64,000 bases of DNA from Candidatus Poribacteria bacterium (GCA_964291315.2 OZ219750.1:256001-320000), one strand, 5' to 3'; positions 1 to 13,139 are shown, numbered from the stretch's first letter. A program made the numbers and translations. The notes: generated from the sequence alone by a model not told the origin.

Positions 1-885
1 TGGTTGGAGTGTTCCGTTTTTTAACTCGGGTAACCATCGCCCGATGAAACGCTGCGTAATTGCCGTTTTTTCGTCAATAGCCTGAGGTCTCATGACCGAA
101 CCGATGATCTGCAGCCGGTTGCGCATTACTGTGCCGAGGTTAATCTCTGTGGTCGCGCCAGCGATTAATCCGACTTGTAGGAGTCTCCCGTTTGTCTTGA
201 GTATCGATAGGTTCCGCTCAAAGTACGGAGCACCGATAACGTCCAAAACGACATCAACCCCTTTTCCATCAGTTAGTTGTTGGATTTCGGTGGCAAAATC
301 GGTTGTTTTGTAGTTAATACCTTCTATTGCCCCGAGCTCTTTGCACTTGTCAATCTTTTTTTTTGTCCCTGCGGTGACAAAAACCTTCGCCTCCGCATGC
401 CTTGAGATCTGAATTCCTGCACTACCGACACCACTGCCCCCAGCATGAATCAAAATTGTTTCACCGGCTGCCAACCTACCGAGTGTGAAGATATTTTCGC
501 TTGCTGTGAAAAAGACTTCTGGCACTGCAGCAGCTTGTTCAAAACTCCACGCATCAGGTATAGGTATTGCCATACGGTGGTCGATAACAGCCTGTTCTGC
601 ATAGCCCCCACCTCCAACAAGTCCGAAGACGCGATCGCCTTCCGAAACTTTGCTGTCCACGGTGTCGCCAATTGCTGAAACCGTGCCAGCAATTTCCAGT
701 CCGAGGACCTCGGATTCACCAGGGGGCGGTGGATATCCGCCGCGTCGCTGAATCAGGTCTGCGCGGTTTAAAGCCGTAGCGTGTACATCTACTAGAAGTT
801 GTGTTGGTGTTGGAGTCGGTGATGGCACATCGTCTATTTGTAAGACTTCCGGTCCTCCATCTCTTCTTCTGATAATTGCTTTCAT
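1..885 (-). CDS. NAD(P)H:quinone oxidoreductase, PIG3/zeta-crystallin MDR family (runs off the window edge)
   Basis: Manual translation from ATG 885: MKAIIRRRDGGPEVLQIDDVP...LNRADLIQRRGGYPPPPGESEVLGLEIAG, later LIHAGGSGVG. Not in the ORF track because no stop lies in the window. Confidence 0.9.
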   Translation of the reverse strand, partial: MKAIIRRRDGGPEVLQIDDVPSPTPTPTQLLVDVHATALNRADLIQRRGGYPPPPGESEVLGLEIAGTVSAIGDTVDSKVSEGDRVFGLVGGGGYAEQAVIDHRMAIPIPDAWSFEQAAAVPEVFFTASENIFTLGRLAAGETILIHAGGSGVGSAGIQISRHAEAKVFVTAGTKKKIDKCKELGAIEGINYKTTDFATEIQQLTDGKGVDVVLDVIGAPYFERNLSILKTNGRLLQVGLIAGATTEINLGTVMRNRLQIIGSVMRPQAIDEKTAITQRFIGRWLPELKNGTLQP

Positions 886-1200
886 TTCTTTTTCCGAATC
901 TTTTGCCTTCAACGCAGCTACATGCTTTTAACTTTGTAAAAACTATCCTAGTTCAAAGGTAGGTCATAAAGGATTCCATTTTTCGGGCAACCGTTTTGCA
1001 GCTAAACAGAGTTTCCAATTAATTCATGTTGGTTGTACATTGTCTCGGTTTCCTTCAAAAAAACAAACTGTTTTTCAACAAAACGGATAGGAAGGTCTAT
1101 CACAATTATCTGTTCTTGGGTTCTTGAGGTGATAACAGCGATATTGACGAAAACTCGGCGGAAGTCGCATCCAAGAACCGGGACCCTGGAAAAGAAAATT

Positions 1201-1227
1201 ACAACCTTTTGAGTTTATCAACGTCTA
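1201..1227 (+). promoter_or_regulatory. Putative ECF-sigma-type promoter
   Basis: CAAC (1202) - 16 bp - CGTC (1222), about 35 bp upstream of the ORF at 1262; matches the AAC...CGT ECF pattern. Confidence 0.4.
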
Positions 1228-1261
1228 AAAAAGATAGAATAACTAAAGAGAGGAAAGCACA

Positions 1262-1735
1262 ATGGGGAAAAGAGGCAAAAGGACCTCCAAGAAGTTGACA
1301 GCGCGGCACTTCAATCCAGTGAAATCAAAAATAGAATCTATCAGCGAGTGTTTTGATCAATTACGGCACGGACTCCCCGCAGAGATAGAAGAATATATTG
1401 AGGGTGACCGAATTACGCAATCTTATATCAAAAGCTGCTTCCTGATGATTATTCAGCGCGCCGTGGACATCAACAATGTTATCATAGAATTTAGCGGACA
1501 AACGCCGCCACTTCAAAAGCACCACAGTTTTCGTGCCTTACATCAGAACAGCACTATTGATAAAGAAACACTAAATTTTTTCATTAAGGCTCTAGACTAC
1601 TACGAAAAAATCGCTAATCCGTATCATGAGCTCCCGCCATCTGAACTCTACAATGCCTCTCGCCAGCTTTTGAAGTATGGTGAAGCTTATACTAGCCAGA
1701 TTGAGAATTTCTTTTTAAATCTTTCACCAACTTAG
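1262..1735 (+). CDS. DUF86/HepT-like HEPN-domain protein with degenerate RX4H motif
   Basis: IIQRAVDINNVII...PP...SFRAL...ID pattern typical of DUF86; the expected RNxxxHxY reads YYEKIANPY. RBS GAGG upstream. Confidence 0.65.
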   Translation: MGKRGKRTSKKLTARHFNPVKSKIESISECFDQLRHGLPAEIEEYIEGDRITQSYIKSCFLMIIQRAVDINNVIIEFSGQTPPLQKHHSFRALHQNSTIDKETLNFFIKALDYYEKIANPYHELPPSELYNASRQLLKYGEAYTSQIENFFLNLSPT

Positions 1736-1765
1736 GTAGTATTAGCCCGTTGTCATGTATGGAAC

Positions 1766-1833
1766 AGGCGCGGTTGCAAACCCTAACTTCAGTTCTCTGT
1801 CGCGTTTGAAGCAAAAGGTTGCAAACCGTGCCT
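1766..1833. repeat. REP-like palindrome with duplicated core, between convergent genes
   Basis: AGGCGC-GGTTGCAAACC...GGTTGCAAACC-GTGCCT; 11-bp direct repeat at 1772 and 1817. Confidence 0.5.
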
Positions 1834-1847
1834 ATGAATTATACTAT

Positions 1848-2711
1848 CTAATTAAATTCAACGACACCGCCGGTTCCCTTCAGTATAATATCTGGTTTAA
1901 GCAGAATCTGTTCTTCTTCCAATTTTAACCCTGTCGGATGGAGAACGTAGGCGATTCTGAGCGGGAGGTATTTTCCCAAATCAGCGAGCATATCTATATC
2001 GCTTTTAAAGATTATCTGTTCGCTCTGCTGTGTTTGATAGGCATACCAATACTTGAGATAAGAGCGAATCCGGTTGCTAAAAATAAGCTCTGAGGACTCT
2101 GAATCAATAACCTTGACTCGGACACGACCAATGGCAGTCAGACGGGTACGAATGTAGGTGGATGTTCCGGAAATTCCGCCCTGTCTGCCTTGCTTCATTA
2201 GGTGTTGATCGTAATCTTTCCGAGTTAATTTTGGTTCCTCAACCATACCGATGATGATCATATCAGCGTCAAGGGCTTGCCCAAGTTTCGCTGCTAATGC
2301 CGGATCGATATAAATCTGATTCAATGTCAAGCCGAGCTCTGTGAGTTTATCGTCTATCGGTTTAACTTTGTTCGAGATGTCATAGACCCATTCTGCCTCT
2401 TTGAAGATAAGTTCAAAACGGGTTGCGAGATTGACGGTCATACGCGACCCTAATTTGTTAATATCTTTCTTCTCCGCAAAAAACGGGGTGACAGCAATAC
2501 GTTTTGCATCACTGATTGGTGGTGGAGTCGTGATCTTAATTTCGCCGCCATTGCAGCTTGCGATTGTCAAACAGAGAAGTGGTGTAAGTAGAATTGTAAA
2601 GAAACGTGTCACTGAAGTGTGCCTCCTATAATTTGTCGGTGTAGTTTCAAACCAAATTTTCTGACCGTCACAGTCAAAAACTTGCCTTAACTTCACTCTA
2701 TGTACTTCCAA
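1848..2711 (-). CDS. Hypothetical lipoprotein (CsgG/TolB-N-like fold possible); true start probably downstream of 2711
   Basis: Lipobox-like LTIASC, KRIAVTPF, AAKLGQALDADMIIIG and RVKVID segments typical of CsgG-like lipoproteins. Confidence 0.55.
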   Translation of the reverse strand: MEVHRVKLRQVFDCDGQKIWFETTPTNYRRHTSVTRFFTILLTPLLCLTIASCNGGEIKITTPPPISDAKRIAVTPFFAEKKDINKLGSRMTVNLATRFELIFKEAEWVYDISNKVKPIDDKLTELGLTLNQIYIDPALAAKLGQALDADMIIIGMVEEPKLTRKDYDQHLMKQGRQGGISGTSTYIRTRLTAIGRVRVKVIDSESSELIFSNRIRSYLKYWYAYQTQQSEQIIFKSDIDMLADLGKYLPLRIAYVLHPTGLKLEEEQILLKPDIILKGTGGVVEFN

Positions 2712-2820
2712 AAATCTTTTTCTTCACTCCCACGCTGGGGGAAGCATACCAAATTTACAGAAATAGGTCAACTTTTATCCGATGTGCCAGTCAGAGTTTC
2801 CATCGATTACTGGAAAAAGA

Positions 2821-3792
2821 CTACTCGGAAGCCGCGATCGCTAATGCTCGAACCTCTCCGAATTCATGTGAGAGTTTCGTCCAAGAGTCCCCCGAGTCTG
2901 TACTCCGGTAAAGCTGCCCACTCACACTACAAGCAACAAGAAGGTTGTTGACGTTCGGGTTGTGAGCGAAGCACCAGATTGTGCTGTTTGCAGTTCTGCC
3001 AATGTCCGCGCGGGTCCAGGACTTGCCGGTGTCGCGTGTTGAGAAAATACCCCCTTGGTCGCCCGGGGGCCCGTTTCCTGCTCCGATAAATACACGACCT
3101 GCATCACCATTTAAAAAGAAGGCTGCACGGCAATAAGGCCAAGGATAATGTGCTTTAACATTCAGTGGTATCCACTGCTGTCCCATATCTGTTGTTACAC
3201 AGACATCGTTATTTGTTGCAGCGACGATCATCTTTGGGGAACCCGGGATGACACACAGTCCATGGATATCTAAGCTACTGAGGCCCTCACTCCGCTCGGT
3301 CCATGTTTCCCCACCATCTGTGCTGATATGCATTCCATCAATTTCAATGCCTATGTAGAGCGTTTGCGAGTCGTCGGGATCAATCACGAATGTTGTAACA
3401 CGGGGCACAATAGGGATACCCTTACACTCTTCTGATAAATCAATGTTAAGTTGTTTCCAATTAGTACCACCATCAATAGATTTAAAAAGTGCCGAAGGGC
3501 ACGTTCCAGCATAGACTGTATTTGGTGCGTTCGGATCGACAGCGATTGCCCAAACCTCCCGTCCGTCGATAGGACTTGGAAGGCGGTGCCACGATTCGGC
3601 AGCATCGTTGGTCTGGAAGATACCGTTTTCGGTGCCAGCGTAGAGAGATCTTGGGTTACTGGGGTTGACGGCTAAGGCACGAATATCGGCTTCAGGAAAA
3701 AGTCCGTTACTCGTCCTGCCCCAAGTATCCCCGTTATCAGTGCTGCGCCAGACGCTTTGTCCAATAGTTCCTGCATAAAGTATAGATTGCAT
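2821..3792 (-). CDS. BNR/Asp-box beta-propeller protein (YCF48/VPS10-like)
   Basis: Repeated S/T-x-D-x-G-x-T/S-W Asp boxes (STDNGDTW, SIDGGTNW, STDGGETW, STDSGDSW). Confidence 0.85.
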   Translation of the reverse strand: MQSILYAGTIGQSVWRSTDNGDTWGRTSNGLFPEADIRALAVNPSNPRSLYAGTENGIFQTNDAAESWHRLPSPIDGREVWAIAVDPNAPNTVYAGTCPSALFKSIDGGTNWKQLNIDLSEECKGIPIVPRVTTFVIDPDDSQTLYIGIEIDGMHISTDGGETWTERSEGLSSLDIHGLCVIPGSPKMIVAATNNDVCVTTDMGQQWIPLNVKAHYPWPYCRAAFFLNGDAGRVFIGAGNGPPGDQGGIFSTRDTGKSWTRADIGRTANSTIWCFAHNPNVNNLLVACSVSGQLYRSTDSGDSWTKLSHEFGEVRALAIAASE

Positions 3793-3970
3793 CTTTTTCC
3801 CTTTCTGAAGCTCCTAATTGGGTAGTCAACAGAACAAAAAGCACGTTTCGCTAACCATAAGTTAGAAGCGATTCCCTGATTCGAGACGGAGCGTTTGCCC
3901 TAAATCTTCACGAAATGTCCTCTAAATTTGGGCTTACCTACCGTTTGTTAAAAGTTTTCTGCCTATAATA

Positions 3971-5677
3971 TTACTCGATTAATGTCCCTGTGTCAACAAC
4001 CCTTGAATCAATCGATATCTGATATACAACAGATTTGGGTTCTATTTCTGGTTCCAAGAGAAATGAGAATCGATACAATTGGTTCTCCTGAGAACTCTGC
4101 GCGACTTCATACATTGCTTGTTTGTCTCTATGTACCTGTTCTGCTTTGTTGTCGTGGAGCATTAAGGTTACCATCGGTGTTACTCCGACAAGAGGTTCGC
4201 TCGGTTTAGTGATGATATCCCAGTACCGAGGATGCACTGAATTAGGAAGGGCAGTTGTGACAAAGGTAATATGAGCTCCACGTGTTGCACTGTATTGATA
4301 CTTTTCACTTTCTGAATAGGTGCTGGGCGTATCGGTATGGCGACTCGGTACTAAGACCGCTTCTGAAACCGTGTCCGGTAGTACAAGAGACCCCTTGTTA
4401 CTTGCAGACAACGTTATCTCTCGGATCTGGACAACACCCGTGTTGTGGAATTCAATCGCATGGGCGGAGGTATCCGGCACTGAACCACTAGAAAATCCTA
4501 GAGTTAACCGGCTAGCATTTTCAAAGCCGATGTAGTCCGCTGAAAAATTGTGCAGTTTTCCATCCTCTGCCCCACTTGGGTATGAACGATGCCAACGGCG
4601 GGGCGCTAAAGAGAGACGAACAGACTGATAGTCTGACAAATAATTAGCGAGTTTCCATGAAATAAAGAGTTCGGAAATTGTTTTGTGGATGCCTTGCGAT
4701 GCAAGGACATCAATGATACCGGTGAAGGATGCTCCGCGGTTTTGAACGATTTTAACCAGTGTCTCTATACCTCCGTATTGTTCATGTAGATATAGCATCC
4801 ATAAAAAAGCAGCACCGTAGTGTGGTAGTGGGTCAATACCGCTCTCAGGCCAGGCGATGAGCGAAATAGACGGCGCTTTCTCAAATGCAATTATATGTTC
4901 TTGGGTTGAATAGCCACATAGAAATGATGCGTACACCGCACAGCCTTCATCAACCCAAGTAGCTTCTTTTGGGTCGTGTCGCCAATTGATGATATGTTGA
5001 AACTCGTGGGCGATAACATTATGAGCAGTTTCGCTGTTTGGATTCAGCGGGTGGGTATCAATATATAGTATTTCCGCTTCATTACTTCGAATCGGGAAGC
5101 CGCGAAACCCGGGGTGTCTCAGAACGCCTCGGTTCTGATCCGCCGGATTGAAAAAGCCTGCTGTATACTGACCTGTGTGATCCATGTCTCGGATGTTGAG
5201 TAGAAGTAAGATAATTCTTCCATTCCCATCAATATCGGGTGGGTCCCCAAAGCGATCTGTCAATGTTAGGTAAATTCCGCGTTGCGGATTTGCTGGCACA
5301 GCAGTGTCAAAAGCATGGATGGCCGTCTGAACGGTTGCGGTCGTAACGCGTGTTTTCCACTCAGTATTTTCAACAAAAATGTAACAAAAATTGCCGATGC
5401 CGCGCAAAACCGCAGAAACGGCGTATTGTCGCATACTTCTAAAATCGGGAACAAAGAAAGTCCGTTCTGTACCAATAGGCAGCACTGGAGCAGCAGGCGG
5501 GACAGGAGCCGCTGCCATCTTTTTAGGTGTTTGGGAGAAGGAATGTGGCGTATCAGTATCCCCGAATCCATCTCTTGTAAATGACAACTGAGGTGTACCA
5601 CAAATGTATCCTGAACTCCCGTTAGGAAAGCCGATAGGTAATAGCATAGCGATGAAAAGCAGTGTTATTTTTTTCAT
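3971..5677 (-). CDS. Secreted zinc metallopeptidase (M30/M6-like)
   Basis: Signal peptide, AHEFQH zinc motif followed by WVDEG, and a DIDGNGRI calcium-loop-like motif. Confidence 0.75.
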   Translation of the reverse strand: MKKITLLFIAMLLPIGFPNGSSGYICGTPQLSFTRDGFGDTDTPHSFSQTPKKMAAAPVPPAAPVLPIGTERTFFVPDFRSMRQYAVSAVLRGIGNFCYIFVENTEWKTRVTTATVQTAIHAFDTAVPANPQRGIYLTLTDRFGDPPDIDGNGRIILLLLNIRDMDHTGQYTAGFFNPADQNRGVLRHPGFRGFPIRSNEAEILYIDTHPLNPNSETAHNVIAHEFQHIINWRHDPKEATWVDEGCAVYASFLCGYSTQEHIIAFEKAPSISLIAWPESGIDPLPHYGAAFLWMLYLHEQYGGIETLVKIVQNRGASFTGIIDVLASQGIHKTISELFISWKLANYLSDYQSVRLSLAPRRWHRSYPSGAEDGKLHNFSADYIGFENASRLTLGFSSGSVPDTSAHAIEFHNTGVVQIREITLSASNKGSLVLPDTVSEAVLVPSRHTDTPSTYSESEKYQYSATRGAHITFVTTALPNSVHPRYWDIITKPSEPLVGVTPMVTLMLHDNKAEQVHRDKQAMYEVAQSSQENQLYRFSFLLEPEIEPKSVVYQISIDSRVVDTGTLIE

Positions 5678-5858
5678 CTATCAGTGATTAGTGGTTATTG
5701 CTTAGCAAATATGGTGAATTATAGAAATATATTAACACATTTGTGGAGTCAGTTTTCTAACCACACGGATATAGTTATTTATTATTTGTTGCCAGTTATC
5801 AAATGTCAGTTAGGTAAGAGAATCTTGTGGTTCATGGCCGGCCGCTGACTGCTAAACG

Positions 5859-7589
5859 CTATCTACCGGCTTTGAAGGCATCAAATTTTTGACGCAATTC
5901 CACGTTGTCTGGTTCGAGTTGTATGGCTTGTTCTAGAGCTTGCAATGCCTTTTTCTTTAAACCTTTTTGTCGATAAGCATCTGCAAGATGCAAAAAAACT
6001 ATAGGTGTATCTGGAAGATAATGGATTGCCAGTTCCAATTTCTCTATCGCCGCATCTAGTTTTCCTTGTTTGAAATAAATAAGCCCCAAACTATCAAGGT
6101 ACGCCCCAGATGTTGGTGAGCTTTTTAGTGCGCGACGGACGAGTGCCGCTGCCTCATCCAAGTTGATACCTTGTTCAGCATAGAGATAACCTAAGGCGTT
6201 ATAAACATCTGGCAATTCGATTTTTGAAGACAACTCAATGGCCCGACGAAGGTAGGTTTCTGCGCGTTTGCGGTCATCTAACATCTGATAGGCCATTCCG
6301 ATCCCGGAAAGAGCATCGACATAATTAGCGTCGATTGCTAGCATCTTTGAAAAGGTTTCAACGGCCTTCTGTGGTACGTTGAATCTAATATAGATCTGCC
6401 CGAGTGCGTAACGCATATCTTGCAGACTTGTAGTCAATGCAACGCGGTCAGCGCTTGTAACACGACGAGTTCCGTCTCTTATCGAATGAACTTGTTTTTC
6501 CAATATATTGATTGCGTGCCTGATATGAAATTCGGCTTTTTCAAAGTCGTTTTTTGCTTCATAAGCGAGGCCAATACCATAGTGTGCATCAATTTCATCT
6601 ACGCTGGTTTCAAGTAAGGCACTAGCTTCTCTCTGATTCCTGGGACTGCTTGTGTTAATCTGATTGTCTGTTTGTGCCTCAAGCTGTGTCAGAATAGCAA
6701 GAAAGGTTTTTATCGCCGCAGAATAGTTGTTTGTTTGGAGGTAAAGTTGGCCGAGGTGGTTCCGGGTGCTGAGTTGTTCTGGGAGAATGGTTACAACTCT
6801 TTCATAGGAAAGCACAGCCTCGGCGAGACGATTTTGCATCTCATAGAGCTCACCGAGCTCTATATGAAATTGAGCTTCAAAAGGCATAATCCGGGTTAGC
6901 GCTTTGAAAGACGTAGTTGCAAGTTCAATTTGTCCGAGATCCCGCGCTATGGTGCCGAGATAATAATGTGCCCCGTGATGGTCTATATCTAACTCGATGA
7001 CCTGTTTCAAAACTGCAAGCATCTCTTCTTGTAGTGCTTGAGCTCGCGCATCGCGTCTATTTTCTTGGATAGACGAAAAGACCTTGCGTCTCAATATTTG
7101 AGCGAGAAGCCATGTTGCTGGCACATTTTCAGAATTAAGATCGATGGCTTTCCTTACGTCATCCTCTGCTCCTTTGATGTTTCGGAGTGTGTTAAATCGG
7201 AGTGTAGCACGTTCTGTATAAATGAAACTTATATCATTCATCGACACAAATCTATCCGAATCATCCAAAGATTCATTGTCAAGCCCGAACTTTTTTATTA
7301 GGGCATCATAGGCAGCCTTGCTTTCGCGGATGTTTTGCTCACCGGTGCCGCAATAGACAGCCCACATAAGGTTGGTATAAAACTCTGAAGCACGCCTCAT
7401 CTCAGCGTCTAATCCTGTAACCGTATTGATAGGGGCTACTAATTCCGGGGTTTCGAATGGAACTATCATTTCCGAATTGCTAGTAGTAGGGGACGAATCA
7501 ACGCCTTTGTACTGGCTGTATCCATTATGCCCAAGGATGAAGCATGTTGTCATCAGAGCAAGGGTTATGAACATATTAAGGTGTTTCAT
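5859..7589 (-). CDS. Secreted tetratricopeptide-repeat protein
   Basis: Signal peptide, many TPRs, C-terminal YNALGYLYAE...AYLDSLG motif. Confidence 0.85.
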   Translation of the reverse strand: MKHLNMFITLALMTTCFILGHNGYSQYKGVDSSPTTSNSEMIVPFETPELVAPINTVTGLDAEMRRASEFYTNLMWAVYCGTGEQNIRESKAAYDALIKKFGLDNESLDDSDRFVSMNDISFIYTERATLRFNTLRNIKGAEDDVRKAIDLNSENVPATWLLAQILRRKVFSSIQENRRDARAQALQEEMLAVLKQVIELDIDHHGAHYYLGTIARDLGQIELATTSFKALTRIMPFEAQFHIELGELYEMQNRLAEAVLSYERVVTILPEQLSTRNHLGQLYLQTNNYSAAIKTFLAILTQLEAQTDNQINTSSPRNQREASALLETSVDEIDAHYGIGLAYEAKNDFEKAEFHIRHAINILEKQVHSIRDGTRRVTSADRVALTTSLQDMRYALGQIYIRFNVPQKAVETFSKMLAIDANYVDALSGIGMAYQMLDDRKRAETYLRRAIELSSKIELPDVYNALGYLYAEQGINLDEAAALVRRALKSSPTSGAYLDSLGLIYFKQGKLDAAIEKLELAIHYLPDTPIVFLHLADAYRQKGLKKKALQALEQAIQLEPDNVELRQKFDAFKAGR

Positions 7590-7730
7590 TTTGTTCTCCA
7601 GGTGGCTATCGGTTGTCTGTAGTGTGCTTGGGGGAGGAAGATGCTTGCGACTGTCACAAAGTTTTTTGCTAAGATCGACAGTGCTCCGAGAGCCATTTCA
7701 TATGTTTTTAAATATTTCCTTAGAAACGTT

Positions 7731-10259
7731 TTAAGAATCGGGTTCTCTCTCAAGCAGGAAAGAAGAAAGCTCAATCTTGGCAGCATCAACAAGTGTTTCC
7801 TCGTTTTGGAGTGCCATGATGCGTACACCTTGAGTATTTCGCCCGATACGCCTGATATCCGAAACAGCAGTCCGGGTTACATATCCGTTTGAGCTGATGA
7901 GAACGATCTCATCGTTCTTTCCAACACGGTTTGCTGCAACTACTGCTCCGTTTCGGGTAGATTTGCCAATGGCAATGATTCCCTTTCCACCGCGTTTCTG
8001 TGAACGGTAGGCAGAAACAGCGGTGCGCTTGCCATATCCATTTTCTGTAACAATCAGCAAGTCCTCTTCTTCCTGATCGGTCGCGTTTTGGGCCTCTTGT
8101 TCCTCCTCAGGTTCCTCGCCCTTAGCGATGACCATCTGGGCAACGAAGTCTTCGGAGCCGAGCTCTATACCACGAACGCCGCGTGTGTTACGTCCAAGTG
8201 CTCTAACGTCCTTTTCGCTGAATCTAATAGCAATCCCTCTGTGGGTAACCAGAATAACATTTGAAGTGCCGTCCGTTACTTGTGCACCGATGAGTTTGTC
8301 CCCGTCATCAAGTTTCACTGCGATGATGCCGCTTGACAGTGTGTTCTCGAGACTAGCAAGTTCTGTCTTTTTGACAATGCCGCGCTGCGTTGCCATGAAG
8401 ACAAAAGCGTTGCTTATGGCACTATCTCTGTTAGCCGAGATGTCTTTGGGCGGAACAGGGACGTATGCGGTGATGTTTTCCCCTTGTGATAAGCGGAGTA
8501 GATTAACGACGGCGCGCCCTGCAGATTGTCGTCGTGCTTCGGGAATTTGATGAACTTTTAGCGTATAACACTTACCCCAATCTGTGAAGAACAGAATGTT
8601 CTGATGTGCAGTTGCAACAAAAATGTGTTCTAGAAAATCTCCATCTTTAGTTGAAGCTCCCTTAATTCCGACACCGCCCCGGTGTTGTTTTCGGTAGGTA
8701 TCCATAGGCAGTCGTTTAATATAACCAGCATGAGATAGGGTAACGACCATTTCTTCATCGGCAATAAGGTCTTCTATTTCAAATTCTTTGATTTCACCCG
8801 TAATTTCAGTGCGACGTTCATCACCGTATTTTTCCTTGAGAGTTTCGAGCTCTGTGCGGATAATATCGGTTACCAGTGTTTCGCTAGCAAGGATAGCGCG
8901 AAGTTCCGCGATACGGTCCAGCAGGTCGGTATATTCATTATGAATTCGTTGGCGCTCAAGGCCTGTCAGCTGGCGAAGCGTCATAGTGAGGATTTCTCTG
9001 GCTTGCTCTTTACTGAGTTGATAGGTGTCTTGTAGTTGCTGCTCCGCCGTTTGCGGAGATTCAGCAGTCTGAACGAGTTCTATGATTGCTTCAAGGTTTT
9101 GTAGCGCGAGCAGGTATCCTTCAAGAATATGACTTCTACGTTCTGCGCGCGCAAGATCGAACTGTGTACGACGACGAATCACCTCCCTGCGATGCGCAAG
9201 ATAGTGGCTGAGAATCTCCTCGAGCGTCAAAACTTTCGGAAGCCCCTCAACCAGGCAGAGTATATTTGCACTAAAGTTTGTTTGCATCTGGGTATGCTTA
9301 TACAACTGATTGAGGATAACTTGTGCTATTTCTCCGCGTTTGAGCAGTATAACGATCCGTATTTCTTTGTCAGACTCGTCTTTAATGTCGGCTATTCCGG
9401 TAATTGTTTTGCTGACGACTAAATTGTACATCCGCTCAAGAAGTTGATTTTTCTTTATTTGATACGGAATTTCAGTTATAATTATTTGTTCCCGGTCTGC
9501 TCCTGACCCGGATGCAGAAATTCTTTCTATGAATGCTTTAGCACGCATCGTTACACTGCCTCTGCCGGTGGTGTACATCTGCTGAATACCATCTGTGCCA
9601 ACGATAACACCTGCTGTTGGAAAGTCAGGACCGATGATATATTCCATAAGTGTTTGGGTATCGGCATCTGGGTTGGTAAGTTTGCAGAGAAGCGCGTCAA
9701 CTACCTCTCCGAGGTTATGCGGCGGTATGCGCGTTAAATAACCTACACCAATACCTGTTGTGCCGTTAACAAGCAGGTTTGGTAGAAGCCCAGGTAGGAC
9801 GGTTGGTTCTTCAAGGGAATCCTTGTAGTTCGGTTGAAAATCAACTACTTGTTTCTCTATATCGGTAAGCATCTCCGAAGCAATAGTAGCGAGACGACAT
9901 TCGGTATAACGCATCGCCCCCGGTGGGTCATCGTCAATACTACCGAAGTTCCCTTGTCCATCTATCAATGGATAGCGCATGTTGAACGGTTGTGCTAAAC
10001 CTACAAGTGTACCATAAATTGGACCGTCGCCGTGTGGGTGAAAATTTTTCATCACCTCCCCGACGACAGCTGCACACTTATCATAGGGCCGATTTGAGGT
10101 GAGGTTTATCTCTCCCATTGCATAAATAATGCGACGTGTGCCCGGCTTCATACCGTCGCGGACATCGGGTATTGCTCTGTTAGTATTGACGCTCATCGCA
10201 TAAGTAAGGTACGATGTTGTCAGTTCATTCTCTATATTGCGTTCTTGGATGTTTTCCAT
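7731..10259 (-). CDS. gyrA: DNA gyrase subunit A
   Basis: HPHGD, catalytic AMRYTE, GyrA-box-like QHRGGVG, C-terminal pinwheel repeats. Confidence 0.97.
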   Translation of the reverse strand: MENIQERNIENELTTSYLTYAMSVNTNRAIPDVRDGMKPGTRRIIYAMGEINLTSNRPYDKCAAVVGEVMKNFHPHGDGPIYGTLVGLAQPFNMRYPLIDGQGNFGSIDDDPPGAMRYTECRLATIASEMLTDIEKQVVDFQPNYKDSLEEPTVLPGLLPNLLVNGTTGIGVGYLTRIPPHNLGEVVDALLCKLTNPDADTQTLMEYIIGPDFPTAGVIVGTDGIQQMYTTGRGSVTMRAKAFIERISASGSGADREQIIITEIPYQIKKNQLLERMYNLVVSKTITGIADIKDESDKEIRIVILLKRGEIAQVILNQLYKHTQMQTNFSANILCLVEGLPKVLTLEEILSHYLAHRREVIRRRTQFDLARAERRSHILEGYLLALQNLEAIIELVQTAESPQTAEQQLQDTYQLSKEQAREILTMTLRQLTGLERQRIHNEYTDLLDRIAELRAILASETLVTDIIRTELETLKEKYGDERRTEITGEIKEFEIEDLIADEEMVVTLSHAGYIKRLPMDTYRKQHRGGVGIKGASTKDGDFLEHIFVATAHQNILFFTDWGKCYTLKVHQIPEARRQSAGRAVVNLLRLSQGENITAYVPVPPKDISANRDSAISNAFVFMATQRGIVKKTELASLENTLSSGIIAVKLDDGDKLIGAQVTDGTSNVILVTHRGIAIRFSEKDVRALGRNTRGVRGIELGSEDFVAQMVIAKGEEPEEEQEAQNATDQEEEDLLIVTENGYGKRTAVSAYRSQKRGGKGIIAIGKSTRNGAVVAANRVGKNDEIVLISSNGYVTRTAVSDIRRIGRNTQGVRIMALQNEETLVDAAKIELSSFLLEREPDS

Positions 10260-10386
10260 GTTACTTTTTCTATTGACTGCGGTTAATCATTTCTAAAATT
10301 ATAAAGGAAATGCCTTGCTGATGGATCGCAGCGAATCGCAAATAAGGTGTCCTAAAAGGTATGTGTGAGGCTTCTATATGTGTAGA

Positions 10387-12930
<2,544 letters not shown>

Positions 12931-13139
12931 TTATGGTACCTCGCTATGGTTGACCAAATGGAATTAACCGTTTGTTTCTGTTGGTGCGTCCTATCGGTTA
13001 GGATAACTTTTTGTAAATAATATATATTAAGTATAACGTAATTAGGAGTAAAGTAGTTTCAACGTTGTATAAGGGGGCCTTTGTTTTGTTAACCTTATTA
13101 GGACTCTAATAAATAGGATACTCTATTTTCAGGGATTTG

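Noticed and set aside
1119-1179. Stem GGTTCTTG/CAAGAACC as a riboswitch
   Set aside because: A single 8-bp stem with no recognisable aptamer consensus.
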